Part shown: positions 19,664-29,365 of the stretch, piece by piece
Position numbering within the stretch: position 1 is the first letter of the stretch
How the letters are laid out: each line of letters opens with the position of its first letter
Origin: a virus
Virus record (IMG/VR): IMGVR_UViG_3300045988_008873
Length of the DNA stretch: 43,578 nt
Reading direction: 5' to 3' (one strand)
Position numbers and translations under genes: made by a program
Notes under the pieces: model-generated
Told to the model about the DNA's origin: nothing
What the model saw: the letters and a program-made list of their open reading frames with translations, nothing else
Database searches by the model: none

Positions 19664-21031
19664 TCACACCCCCACAATATGGTCTGCCAACGAGCTCCAG
19701 TTTGTTGCCGCTTTCCACGCATCCGCAAGAGATGCGGGCACCCGGATCTCCAGCTGCGCGTGCGTCTGATCGAACGCGTTGACGTTGGCCAGCGTTGGAA
19801 CTGCCGTGCAGTGCGTGAAGTCCACAAACCGCAGCGGATAGCATCGTTGAAACACCTGCGCCGGGATGCTCGCGATGTCCCCGAGGCATGTCACTCTGCG
19901 CAGCGCGTTGTCGCCCTGAAATGCGGCAGCGACAAAGGTTGTAGCGTCCGCTGGGATAGTGACTTCTAACAGAGCGCGGCAGGCCGAGAAGTCTCTAACT
20001 TGCCCGTTGACAGCCTTGATGTGGACGCGCTCGAGGGCTTGGGCTGTGCGGGCAGAAATCATATCAAAATTTACCCGCCGCACTGCTGTACTTCCGATGG
20101 CATTATCGCCGCTTTGCATCGTCCCTTTCGGGGATGCAATGGCTCGGATATTGGCGCAATTGTAAAAAGTCTGCCGAATTTCATCCATATCAGCCGCGAT
20201 AAGCACACGCAGTTGTGTACACATTTCAAATGTCCGGATGGCATATACTTTTGTTGTTTGCGGGAGTGAGATGCTCTCAAGCATGCTGCAATTTCTAACG
20301 ACCCCCGGCTCTGTGCTCACCACCCTCGCACCGACCTCAACTCTCCGCAGCATCGCGCAGCGGCCACTATCGGTTTCGCCGTTTGCAATCAGCCTCCGGC
20401 CATCGCGTCCAAGCCACATCGTCGTACCCTCTTTGACGCTCATCGTAATCACGTATGAGCCGCTGGATGCGTACACATGCCGATGCTCAATGTGCGAATC
20501 GGCATTTTTTGTTTCCGGGGTTGTTCCGTCGCCCCAGTCTACCGTTGTGGCGTTTCTTGTGCTCTGCCAATAGTTGAGGACAAAATCGTCCCACGTTTCG
20601 GTATCCACGTCGACGTAGAGCCTTGTCTTTCCGTCATCGGTAATGTACAGCGCGCCGATATCGAGCTCACGGCCTACGTCCTTGATGTCGGCAAGTGTCC
20701 AGTTCCAGCCCTGACAGATCAAGCCGTCATGGCTCGGAAGGGGCGGCAGCTCGGTCTTTGTGGCCAGCTCGGCGAGGGTCCACGCATACAGGAGCGTCCC
20801 GTCGTAGTCCCAGAAATTGATGTCCGACTCCTCGGGCGGGGTGGTATCTAACGTGCCGGTGATCTTCGCGCCCGAAGCGTCGTGCGCCGTCACGCCGGAT
20901 TTGAGCGACGCGGGGGTGACGGTATCGTCCGCCGTATCCACAAAGCGCGCCGTGCCGCCGCCCGTTTTCGGGACGTCCAGCGCCGGGACATCCGGGTACG
21001 ACGCGCCCGCGATTGTTACGTTCTGTCCCAT
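19664..21031 (-). CDS. Tail fibre or receptor-binding protein with BspA-type leucine-rich repeats (455 aa).
   Basis: There are repeated segments of about 23-26 aa (VRNCSMLESISLP, FYNCANIRAIASP, FSACRALLEVTIP, FQRCYPLRFVDF). The N-terminus is paralogous to 21042..21704. Confidence 0.65.
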   Translation of the reverse strand: MGQNVTIAGASYPDVPALDVPKTGGGTARFVDTADDTVTPASLKSGVTAHDASGAKITGTLDTTPPEESDINFWDYDGTLLYAWTLAELATKTELPPLPSHDGLICQGWNWTLADIKDVGRELDIGALYITDDGKTRLYVDVDTETWDDFVLNYWQSTRNATTVDWGDGTTPETKNADSHIEHRHVYASSGSYVITMSVKEGTTMWLGRDGRRLIANGETDSGRCAMLRRVEVGARVVSTEPGVVRNCSMLESISLPQTTKVYAIRTFEMCTQLRVLIAADMDEIRQTFYNCANIRAIASPKGTMQSGDNAIGSTAVRRVNFDMISARTAQALERVHIKAVNGQVRDFSACRALLEVTIPADATTFVAAAFQGDNALRRVTCLGDIASIPAQVFQRCYPLRFVDFTHCTAVPTLANVNAFDQTHAQLEIRVPASLADAWKAATNWSSLADHIVGV

Positions 21032-21041
21032 TGCGCCCTCC

Positions 21042-21704
21042 TTACTGGATCGTCAGCACTTTGGTCAGCTCGTCCTGTGTGATCGATGGAAATTTTGCCC
21101 GCCCGGTTTTCCGGGTCAGGCTGTTGGAGAAGAAGGTGATGCCGGTCGGCACATTGTCCTCCGTCGCGGTTGCGGACACGTCCACGGCGGCCACACGCAC
21201 CTTTTTAAGCAGCTTCCCGCTGGAGGGGGTCACGTCCTGCGCGGCCGTGGATGGCGTGGCCTGCTTCTCTTCCACCTGCACATACTTTTTGATCTCCGCA
21301 CCGTTTTTGTCGCCGGAGACATATCCGGCGGAGACCGCCGCCGATGGCGTGACCGTAATCTCATAGTCCGTCTGCGTGTCGCCGAGCACCGTACCCGCAA
21401 CCGCCGCGCCGGGGGTGACCGTGCCGTCGCCGACGCTCTTGGTCACCGGGTCGTCGTAGATGCCCGCCGGGATGGTGACGTTTTTACCGTTGACGCTTAC
21501 GTCGTCCACGCCCTTCTCCGGGACGGAGCCCGTGACCTCGCTGCCGTCTGCCCATGCCTTTTTCCCGGCTCGGATGTCGCTGGCCGCCGCGTCGCCGCTT
21601 CCCGTGTCCACGAATTTTGCCGTGCCAGAGCCATCTGCAAGTGGGATTTCCACATTCGGGACGCTTTCATACGTCACGTCTCTGATTTTTACATTTTTCG
21701 CCAT
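21042..21704 (-). CDS. Tail fibre-like protein (220 aa).
   Basis: The shared N-terminal module MAKNVKIRDVTYESVPNVEIPLADGSGTAKFVDT aligns with MGQNVTIAGASYPDVPALDVPKTGGGTARFVDT. Confidence 0.55.
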   Translation of the reverse strand: MAKNVKIRDVTYESVPNVEIPLADGSGTAKFVDTGSGDAAASDIRAGKKAWADGSEVTGSVPEKGVDDVSVNGKNVTIPAGIYDDPVTKSVGDGTVTPGAAVAGTVLGDTQTDYEITVTPSAAVSAGYVSGDKNGAEIKKYVQVEEKQATPSTAAQDVTPSSGKLLKKVRVAAVDVSATATEDNVPTGITFFSNSLTRKTGRAKFPSITQDELTKVLTIQ

Positions 21705-21714
21705 AGTGCACTCC

Positions 21715-21945
21715 TTACGTTATTATGATTCCGCCGCCGCTGTAGGTGATTCGCCCATAGTTCTTCGGGATGGGCGCGACGACAATATTTCTGGCCAGCA
21801 TCCGGTTCGCCGTGGGAAGCGTCTGCAATTCCTCCGACGGGGTGATCTCATAGTCCCCTTCATACGCCTCGCCGCCCTGATAAACCACCTTCGCCGGGGC
21901 GATCTTCATCTTTATCTCCGGCTGCGAAAGCACCATTTTAAGCAT
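21715..21945 (-). CDS. Hypothetical tail-associated protein (76 aa).
   Basis: ORF within the tail-fibre cluster. Confidence 0.5.
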   Translation of the reverse strand: MLKMVLSQPEIKMKIAPAKVVYQGGEAYEGDYEITPSEELQTLPTANRMLARNIVVAPIPKNYGRITYSGGGIIIT

Positions 21946-22231
21946 ATCCCGCCTCCTTCAGGAAGCTCTTCACGTCCACCTGAACGATCTCCGCCGCCTG
22001 CTTATTTCCGTCTGCGTCGGTCAGCGCGCATTGCAGACTCACCGCCCCGGGGCGCAGGCGCATTGCGTCTTCGTACGGGATTTTTACCAGCAGATGCGTT
22101 TCGTCAACGACTACCGGCGTGTACTGGAAGAACTGGCAGGCCTGTTTTACGTAAAATTCCAGTTTTGTCACCTTTGTCAGGTCGGTTCCCTCTACTTCCA
22201 CCGATAAAGCGTTTGCAATTTTCTGAAACAC
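21938..22231 (-). CDS. Hypothetical tail-associated protein (97 aa).
   Basis: ORF within the tail-fibre cluster. Confidence 0.5.
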   Translation of the reverse strand: MFQKIANALSVEVEGTDLTKVTKLEFYVKQACQFFQYTPVVVDETHLLVKIPYEDAMRLRPGAVSLQCALTDADGNKQAAEIVQVDVKSFLKEAGYA

Positions 22232-23751
22232 TTAATCACCCCCCCGCTCTGCTGCGCTTCAAATACGTCCAGCTCGTTCTTTGCTTTGATGAACGTCGTC
22301 GTGTCGTCCGAAAGCGAGATGGTAGGCAAGAGGCGCGAATCATATGTGTAATCGTGATACGCCACACCGCCTTTGTAAGATGCCGTCGCCGTCATTCCCT
22401 GCAATGCCACTGCGGTAATCGCAGTAGTTGGTACAGTAGCTTGGTTGAACCCATCGTTTGGGCTGGACGTTGTCCAAACTTCTGTTTGCGTTGCAACCAG
22501 TAATGTTGATTCCGATGCAGATGCGTAACTTACGCAGGTAGTTGCCTGTTTGTTCTCTCCGGTAACAATAGAAGAACCCCAGTTTGTGAGATTTTCGGAA
22601 GAATAAACGGTCGACACTGGTCTATAAAATATTCCCGAACTGCTGTTGTACTGCGAATAGTAAGTCCCAAAAAAATAATACTTTCCAGATAGGAACACAA
22701 CTTCTGACGCTGAATAACGTTTCATGACTACTGATTTGACAGGAGTTTTTATTTTCGTGAAGCTGGTTTCACTCCCATTTGCAACGTGCAGCTCTACATC
22801 ACCGCTAAAAGAACTTCCAGTCTCCTGTCGGATTGCCGAAAGGAACCATTTTCCATTTGCGCTCGAGAACTTATATCCGAAAAATTTATTCCCGCTGATA
22901 TCGTTAGTTTTCGTAATCATCGAATACTGCCAGCTACCAGAATCCAAAGGCGCATCCGAAAGAACCACATATGTTTTATCGGAATATTCGTCCCTGGAGC
23001 TTCCGTATCTTTCTATTGCAAATCCAAATTTCCCGTTACATTCAGCGATTCCGAAGAATCCGGTACCGTCTTTGCTATCTGATGGGAGTGTAACGCCCAC
23101 CTGCGTCCAGCTTGTGTTCCCTTTTTCTCGAACCGCAATCTTGACGTTTATTCCGACACGGTATGCGCACACGCAATAATCATCAGATACTGCGAGCGAG
23201 CACATTATGCCTTCGTATGTAGATTCGCTTCCTGCAAACGTCGCCTCTTCGGAAAACGTTCCACCAACCGCGCTAGATTTCAAAATCTTGAAATTGCTAC
23301 CAACCTGCACACAAACAAACCACATCCCATCAAAATACACTGTATTTGAAACACTTTTTGCATTGTAAGATGCCGGAAACGCATTCGTATCCCACGTTAC
23401 CGCACCGCCCGTATTTCTCAGCACAGAACACAACTGCGGGTAGTTCTCAAATGTCACTGTGCTCCCGTCGCACTTCAACCACGCATCTCCAAGACTCTGC
23501 GCGGGGCTCGTCCGGATGGTGCCGATGGGTACGATGCGGTCGACCATGTGCCGGAACGCGTCGTCGACAAGCGGGTTCGCATACGGCAAGCGGAGAAAGC
23601 GTCCCGTGGAATCTTGGAGCATTGTGCGCGTGTTGAACGGCGTGCCGGTATCGTCCGGGTCGTCTGCACGTGTCATGTCGTAAGTATCTGTCTGTCCGGC
23701 AACGGGCTTGAGTTTTACCCGCCCCGGAAATTTTGGAGTTCGGTCTTTCAT
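22192..23751 (-). CDS. Tail fibre or baseplate-distal protein (519 aa from MKDRTPKF).
   Basis: The N-terminus PKFPGRVKLKPVAGQ...DDTGTPFNTRTML is typical of siphovirus fibre proteins. The ATG at 23751 lies just after the upstream stop. Confidence 0.6.
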   Translation of the reverse strand: MKDRTPKFPGRVKLKPVAGQTDTYDMTRADDPDDTGTPFNTRTMLQDSTGRFLRLPYANPLVDDAFRHMVDRIVPIGTIRTSPAQSLGDAWLKCDGSTVTFENYPQLCSVLRNTGGAVTWDTNAFPASYNAKSVSNTVYFDGMWFVCVQVGSNFKILKSSAVGGTFSEEATFAGSESTYEGIMCSLAVSDDYCVCAYRVGINVKIAVREKGNTSWTQVGVTLPSDSKDGTGFFGIAECNGKFGFAIERYGSSRDEYSDKTYVVLSDAPLDSGSWQYSMITKTNDISGNKFFGYKFSSANGKWFLSAIRQETGSSFSGDVELHVANGSETSFTKIKTPVKSVVMKRYSASEVVFLSGKYYFFGTYYSQYNSSSGIFYRPVSTVYSSENLTNWGSSIVTGENKQATTCVSYASASESTLLVATQTEVWTTSSPNDGFNQATVPTTAITAVALQGMTATASYKGGVAYHDYTYDSRLLPTISLSDDTTTFIKAKNELDVFEAQQSGGVIKCFRKLQTLYRWK

Positions 23752-23752
23752 G

Positions 23753-24232
23753 TTATCCCCCCATGTCTCCTGCGTATAGTTCCTCGTCCGCGTAAACCCA
23801 GCCGACCTCCCGGCTCTCCAACACGTCATCTACGGCGATGATCGTCTTTTCAATGTTGTTCGCGCCTTCCCAGTCTAGGTCGTTGATCTTTGCCGGAGGG
23901 CGCGGGGCAGGATTGACAACTGCGTCGTATACGGCGTTCGCGGATTCGATATAAGCGTCCATAACGTCTTTGTCGAGCACTTCGTCAGAACCATAATCTT
24001 CCCGCACTTCTGCCGGAACGTCGATGTCGTGCGTTCTGAGCCGGTCACGAATGGTGATAAGCGCAGTTCCGACGCGGTTCAGGTCAGACGCTTTGTAAGA
24101 GCCTTTCAAGCCAGCTTCAAAGTCTGCCTTTTCCTGCTCCGTGAAGTCGCTCCACAGCTTCTTGTAAAGCTTCTCAGCATAGGAAGCGTCAGCCTGCGTC
24201 CGGTCGGTGATTAAGGTTTTCATAATTCTCAT
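23753..24232 (-). CDS. Tail/baseplate accessory protein (159 aa).
   Basis: Assigned by position between the Tal-like gene and the fibre genes. Confidence 0.5.
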   Translation of the reverse strand: MRIMKTLITDRTQADASYAEKLYKKLWSDFTEQEKADFEAGLKGSYKASDLNRVGTALITIRDRLRTHDIDVPAEVREDYGSDEVLDKDVMDAYIESANAVYDAVVNPAPRPPAKINDLDWEGANNIEKTIIAVDDVLESREVGWVYADEELYAGDMGG

Positions 24233-25710
24233 GCAGAAGCCCCCGTTCCGACGATGTCACACTCAGCCGCCGCGATGCCGCTCAGTTTTATGGTCATGCT
24301 CGTTATCGTCCCGGTAATGTGGTCATCCCACGGAGTTGTGGTGTCTACATAGTCACCGGGAAGCTCCTTGTCCATGACGATCTGAACGCTGTGCGTCTGC
24401 CGCCGCATATAATAGTCAAAGACGTGCTGCGTCACCGCTGCAACATTCGTCGAGTTGACAAGCGTCGCGTCCTTGACCTCGATGACGTTTGGCTTCGTGG
24501 ATGCCGTAATGTTCGGATTCTGTTTTACCGTGACCACCGTCGTGTGGAAATACTTTTTCCCGCCGACTTCAACCGTATCGCTTCCGCTTCCGGACGTGCT
24601 GTACGTGTGCGCGGTAACTCTTATCTCGGTCACGATGGCGGACTGGCTGACTTCGCCGCCGACGTAAAGCCGGTTCATAGGAATCACGGTCGGTGTTTCC
24701 TCAGACAGTCTCCATACCTTCACGTTTCCTGTTCCGCTGGTATCCACCACAGCCCGAAGCGCAAACGCGACCTGCTGCAAAGCTTCCCTTCGCGTGCAAT
24801 CGGGAATGTATCCTGTCAGCTTCTCGGTCTGTAGCTCCTCCGAAAGCTCCAAGACGAAATACCCGCCGAGGATGCTTTCTAAAACCGTTTTCGCGTTGGC
24901 GTTGGAATAAACAACAGCCGGGAATGGGTCTTCGTCCAGAATTCCCAAAGCGTCGATGCAGGAAACGTTGTATACGTTTTTGCTTACGCGGGTAGATTCG
25001 TCGATGTAAAACGTGCCAATTTTCGTCTTTCCGTTGTACGCATAAACGGGCTGCTTCTCTTGGAAAATAAAATCAATATCTTCCATGCTGTCCAGCGTGA
25101 AGTCCAGCGTGTTAATCGCTAACTCGTCGGATATGATGTTCAGTTCCTCGGTCGCCTCAACGCTCCGAAGCTCCTGCCGCTCGAACTCTCGAACAATGCC
25201 GAAAAGGATAAGGGAGATTTTAATGGGTCGGTTCGGAAGATTCGTTTTGTTGAACTGAATCTTGATTTTGTTATACAGTTCCACAGTTTTCTCACAGAAG
25301 TAATTTCCGCTGTTCGGGAAGAACTGCTGTGTGGCCAGCTGCGTTGTTCCGTTGTACCACGTGATATTCAGGTCGCTGCAATAGTCCCCGGTTTCCCCGT
25401 CAAATTTGAAATAGATGCCGAGGGACGTAAACTGCCCGTCAAGGGATATCTCAATGGTAGGCGGCGTTTGGAACGTACAGTCTGCGCCGCTCCGAGGTGT
25501 CGACCAGAAGCCGACAGGCTCAGATTTTGGCTTTAGCTTTCGCGTGCCGTTCAGCACCCATTGATTCTGCTCTGTCGTTGCCACTGGCCCCTCGAATGCC
25601 CCGAAGGGCAGAAGCGAGGTTTTTGAAATACCCATAGCCTCGCTTGCTGTCACACTCGCAGCCGCCGCAGAACCGACCGCAACGTCTTCATACACAACTT
25701 TTACACTCAT
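24229..25710 (-). CDS. Tail-tip (Tal-like / tail endopeptidase-like) protein (493 aa).
   Basis: Assigned by size and by being the second gene after the tape measure. Confidence 0.55.
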   Translation of the reverse strand: MSVKVVYEDVAVGSAAAASVTASEAMGISKTSLLPFGAFEGPVATTEQNQWVLNGTRKLKPKSEPVGFWSTPRSGADCTFQTPPTIEISLDGQFTSLGIYFKFDGETGDYCSDLNITWYNGTTQLATQQFFPNSGNYFCEKTVELYNKIKIQFNKTNLPNRPIKISLILFGIVREFERQELRSVEATEELNIISDELAINTLDFTLDSMEDIDFIFQEKQPVYAYNGKTKIGTFYIDESTRVSKNVYNVSCIDALGILDEDPFPAVVYSNANAKTVLESILGGYFVLELSEELQTEKLTGYIPDCTRREALQQVAFALRAVVDTSGTGNVKVWRLSEETPTVIPMNRLYVGGEVSQSAIVTEIRVTAHTYSTSGSGSDTVEVGGKKYFHTTVVTVKQNPNITASTKPNVIEVKDATLVNSTNVAAVTQHVFDYYMRRQTHSVQIVMDKELPGDYVDTTTPWDDHITGTITSMTIKLSGIAAAECDIVGTGASA

Positions 25711-26099
25711 AGCGGCGTCCTCTTCGGCTTCATCGCAACAAAATTAAATGTAAGGTTTCCCCATTCGTTCTTCTGCCCGTAAGCCGTCAAAAGTTCATCG
25801 TCTCCGTTTGCCACATATGCATCGAAGGTCAATGTTCCTTGTGCATACGGAACGGTGAGGGAATGGCTGTCGACAGGTGCGGAGATTGCTTCATAGAACC
25901 TGTCATATTCCGCTGGGTCAGTTCCGACCGGGTCAAGCTCCACGCTGTAGTTATAAAACGTGCCGATGATGTCTCGCACCATCGCGCCGGTCATTACGCG
26001 CCCCGCATTATCGCCGTCCAGAACCGCGAAAGAACGTTTCAGACTGGTTACATGCAGGTTCGGATACGCCGTGCCATCGAGGGTCAAAACACTTGTCAT
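25707..26099 (-). CDS. Distal tail protein-like (130 aa).
   Basis: It lies immediately downstream of the tape measure, with an ATGA-type overlap. Confidence 0.45.
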   Translation of the reverse strand: MTSVLTLDGTAYPNLHVTSLKRSFAVLDGDNAGRVMTGAMVRDIIGTFYNYSVELDPVGTDPAEYDRFYEAISAPVDSHSLTVPYAQGTLTFDAYVANGDDELLTAYGQKNEWGNLTFNFVAMKPKRTPL

Positions 26100-28366
26100 G
26101 CCTTCACCCCCGCCAGCCTTACGCCTACACGCTGCGTTTCTTCGTTGTTCGCCTTATAGACAGCCCGCGCAAACTCTCTGCCGTTGAGCTGCAAGATGAT
26201 TGTCTGCGACCGTCCGCCGGATTCGTTCATAGCCTGCTTGAATGCCTGCACCATTGTCTCAAGCGGCGTTTCGATGTTCGTCCCGCTTTTCTGGTCACCC
26301 AGCACCGCCATAAACTCCCGGTTCGGCGGGATGACCGCACCTTCTGCCAGTCTCGGAAGTGCAACCTGACTGACAAGCGGAATGCTGATGCCAAAAGACT
26401 TGCCGCCGATGATGGGAACCCAGTCCGGAATCTCAAAGTGAATGGTATTCAAAGCGGAAATCAGAAGGTTAATGCCATCGATAATAAAGTTGATCGCGCC
26501 TTCGATCGTCGCTATAATGCCGTTCCAAATCCCCTTGAAGATCTCCTTAACGCCTTCCCAAGCCTTTGTCCAGTCTCCCGTAAACACGCCGACGACAAAG
26601 TCAACAATGCCTTTCAGGATGTCTTTTACGCTGTTATAGAGGTCTGAAACCAGTTTCCCAACCGTCTGGAAGAACGCTGCAAGTACGGGAGATTTTGACT
26701 GTAGCCATGTAATGAACATATTCCATGCGTCCTTGATGGAGTTTACAATCGCGTTCCACGTCTGCTTCATCCCTTCCCAGATCTGCTTAATGCCTTCTAC
26801 GGCAAGCTTCATGTCTCCTGTGAATACGCCCTTGAAGAACTTCCCGAAGCCGTCTATAATTTTCTTCAAGCCCTGAATCAGTTCTTCTCCATGTCCGGTG
26901 AAGGATACAAGCGCAACCAGCGCGGCGAGGAAACCTGCAATCAGAAGGGGAATCCAGCTACCCGTCAGAAGCGAAATGCCGATACCGGCGGCAAGTAGCC
27001 CAGCGATGATCGTAAGCGTATTGACCAAATTAAAGCCGTTTTCGATAACGTCTTTGATGCCGACAACCAGCATGGCAAGACCGCCTACAACCAATGCAAT
27101 TCCTGCCGCGATTGGCCCGAAGGCAATTGCAAGCCCAACTGCAAGCGCGGCAAGACCTGCCAGCATCCCGAGGAAGTTGTGTAAATCAATCCCGTTATTC
27201 CAAGCATCCAGCCAGAAGTATACAAGCGCAAACGCACCGGCAACAGCAAGGGCGATACCCCAAATTTTGCTCAGGTCGTTCGTGAACAAGCTCGCGATTT
27301 TCCACGCAAGAAGCCCAGCGGCGATAGCGCCTACCAATCCGAGAATGTCGTGGAGCTTGTCCTCTGCCATGTCGAGATTCGAGAAGTCCGGCGCGATCTC
27401 CGTTGATGCAGCACCACCGCCTCCGCCAGCGCCAGACGCTGTGTTGTCTGTAAGCTGGTTGATCTCGTCAAAGCTTGCCATGCTCTTGCTTGCGTCTTTT
27501 GCCGCCGCCCCAACGCCTTCCAATGCCTTCTGCTCGTCGTTCAGTCCTTGTGCGGCTGATTTCTGCGAAGACCAGCTTTTCCCGGAAAGCATACCGAAGA
27601 ACTTTGCAATCACCGTGACTACCTGTGTGAGGATATTCACCAGCTTTACAAAAACTGGTATCACCACTTGCAAAATTGGCTGGGCCAGCGTCAAAAACGC
27701 CGCCTTGAGCCGCGCCACAGCTGCGCGTGCTTCGTCGTTCTTCATAATAGTTTTTCCAAGCCACGTTCTAAGACTTTGCAGCGCTCGAGTAATCAGAGAG
27801 AACACCAGAACGCGCTTAAAAAGCCCAGAAACACGTTTGCTGAACGTGTTCATGCTGTCGGAAACCTTCTTCGCAGCGGCTTCCATTCGCTCTGTTGCGC
27901 CGCTTGCGTTTGTGATTTGCTCCGTGAGTTCTCCGGCTTTTTGCTTCGCAGCGTCCAAAGCAGAAGTCTGCTCGATCACTTTGTCCGTGATTTTTGCATA
28001 TTTCCCGTCCAAACTCTCAACGATCTTGTCCTGCTCTTTTAAGATTGCTTCCTGCTCTTTGATTTGCGCCGCAACTTCCGTCTGCCGTCCGTATGCTGTG
28101 ATATAAGCCTCCGGAGACGCAGACACCTCACCGGACGTGATCTGCCGAAGCCGCTCGGATTCAGTCCGCAAAGATTTCAGCGCATTTTCTGCCTGTTTTG
28201 CGGATTCTTTCGCCGCGTCAAGCTGAGATTTCAGACCGCTCTGCTCTCCTGTGCTTTTTTTCAGCTCGGCTTCCATCTTGTCGATTTTCGCCGTCAGCTT
28301 ATCAAGCTCCTTCTGCGCGTTTTTTGCGTCAACCTCCGCTTGAACAACGATTTTGCCGTCTGCCAT
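26096..28366 (-). CDS. Tape measure protein (756 aa).
   Basis: It has a long coiled-coil N-terminus, central hydrophobic glycine-zipper segments, and a position after the tail chaperones. Confidence 0.85.
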   Translation of the reverse strand: MADGKIVVQAEVDAKNAQKELDKLTAKIDKMEAELKKSTGEQSGLKSQLDAAKESAKQAENALKSLRTESERLRQITSGEVSASPEAYITAYGRQTEVAAQIKEQEAILKEQDKIVESLDGKYAKITDKVIEQTSALDAAKQKAGELTEQITNASGATERMEAAAKKVSDSMNTFSKRVSGLFKRVLVFSLITRALQSLRTWLGKTIMKNDEARAAVARLKAAFLTLAQPILQVVIPVFVKLVNILTQVVTVIAKFFGMLSGKSWSSQKSAAQGLNDEQKALEGVGAAAKDASKSMASFDEINQLTDNTASGAGGGGGAASTEIAPDFSNLDMAEDKLHDILGLVGAIAAGLLAWKIASLFTNDLSKIWGIALAVAGAFALVYFWLDAWNNGIDLHNFLGMLAGLAALAVGLAIAFGPIAAGIALVVGGLAMLVVGIKDVIENGFNLVNTLTIIAGLLAAGIGISLLTGSWIPLLIAGFLAALVALVSFTGHGEELIQGLKKIIDGFGKFFKGVFTGDMKLAVEGIKQIWEGMKQTWNAIVNSIKDAWNMFITWLQSKSPVLAAFFQTVGKLVSDLYNSVKDILKGIVDFVVGVFTGDWTKAWEGVKEIFKGIWNGIIATIEGAINFIIDGINLLISALNTIHFEIPDWVPIIGGKSFGISIPLVSQVALPRLAEGAVIPPNREFMAVLGDQKSGTNIETPLETMVQAFKQAMNESGGRSQTIILQLNGREFARAVYKANNEETQRVGVRLAGVKA

Positions 28367-28378
28367 TGTCTCACCACC

Positions 28379-28945
28379 TTATTTTGAAATGCCCCATGCG
28401 GCGAGAACGTCTTTCTCTGCCTCTGTGTATGTAACTTTCAAATCGATTATATCCCTGTTCTTTCGGTAGAACTCCCGTTCCTGCTTGTCCAGAGGCTTCC
28501 CGTGTGCCTTTTTGTCTCGAATACGAACCACTTGAGCAAACAGGCAGTCTCCAATTTCCTGATAGAAAGACAGGAACGACCACCAGTGCAGATACTCAAG
28601 CGCCCGAACCTCGCATCCGGCGATTCTGTTCACGGGGGCAATAATCATGTTGAAGTCCTGCTCCCATGACATCAGCACGGGTTCTCTCTTCTTTTCTTTG
28701 CGTTCTTCCCCACGGTCTATAAACCGGAAACACTGGTTCAGAGCTTCCTGATAGTCGCTGGCTGGCATTCCCTCAAAGTCGGGATAGAAGATTCTCAGCG
28801 ATGCCTCCGCCTTGTCCTGCTCGTCCAGCTCGCTATCAACAAGGGCGGTGAGGATATCCAACACCGCCCGATAGTCAGACCGGATTTCGTATTCTGTTCC
28901 GTTTACATTGACCGATGTCGGTAAAGACCAGATTACTTTTTCCAT
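28379..28945 (-). CDS. Gp15-like tail assembly protein (188 aa from MEKVIW).
   Basis: It lies between the chaperone and the tape measure. The sequence SDYRAVLDILTAL...FYPDF resembles the phage Gp15 family. Confidence 0.55.
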   Translation of the reverse strand: MEKVIWSLPTSVNVNGTEYEIRSDYRAVLDILTALVDSELDEQDKAEASLRIFYPDFEGMPASDYQEALNQCFRFIDRGEERKEKKREPVLMSWEQDFNMIIAPVNRIAGCEVRALEYLHWWSFLSFYQEIGDCLFAQVVRIRDKKAHGKPLDKQEREFYRKNRDIIDLKVTYTEAEKDVLAAWGISK

Positions 28946-29352
28946 CTTTCCATATATTTCTTGATTCTCGGGTTCGTAGCCTTCTGTTCTCTTGCAAAGG
29001 TGGTGTCGATCTGGTCGATGATGCCGAGCATCAGATTGCTCCATACAGGCAAACCGTCAGCCAGTGCGAGGACATTCATAGAGCCGAAAAGAGGCGTGCA
29101 GAGCGGAACCCCGAAAAGACTGTCGATCGTATCGCGCATTTCGTTGCTTTCCCGACGCGCAACCTCAAAGATTTCCTTTTTGTTCGCGTTCTTTTCCACT
29201 TCTGCCTGATATTTCCGCTGACGATCTTCCAATCCGTTGAACACGTCAAAAATTTTCTCTACAATTTCTGCGTCTGTCGGGTTGACCTCGAGCGTTACTT
29301 TGTCGTTGATGTTGATTTTTTCAACGCCAGTTGCAATCTTGATGTCCGCCAT
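28933..29352 (-). CDS. Tail assembly chaperone (139 aa).
   Basis: It lies immediately downstream of the major tail protein and ends in TGG AAA AAG TAA, overlapping the next start. Confidence 0.55.
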   Translation of the reverse strand: MADIKIATGVEKININDKVTLEVNPTDAEIVEKIFDVFNGLEDRQRKYQAEVEKNANKKEIFEVARRESNEMRDTIDSLFGVPLCTPLFGSMNVLALADGLPVWSNLMLGIIDQIDTTFAREQKATNPRIKKYMERWKK

Positions 29353-29365
29353 CTATTGTCCCTCC

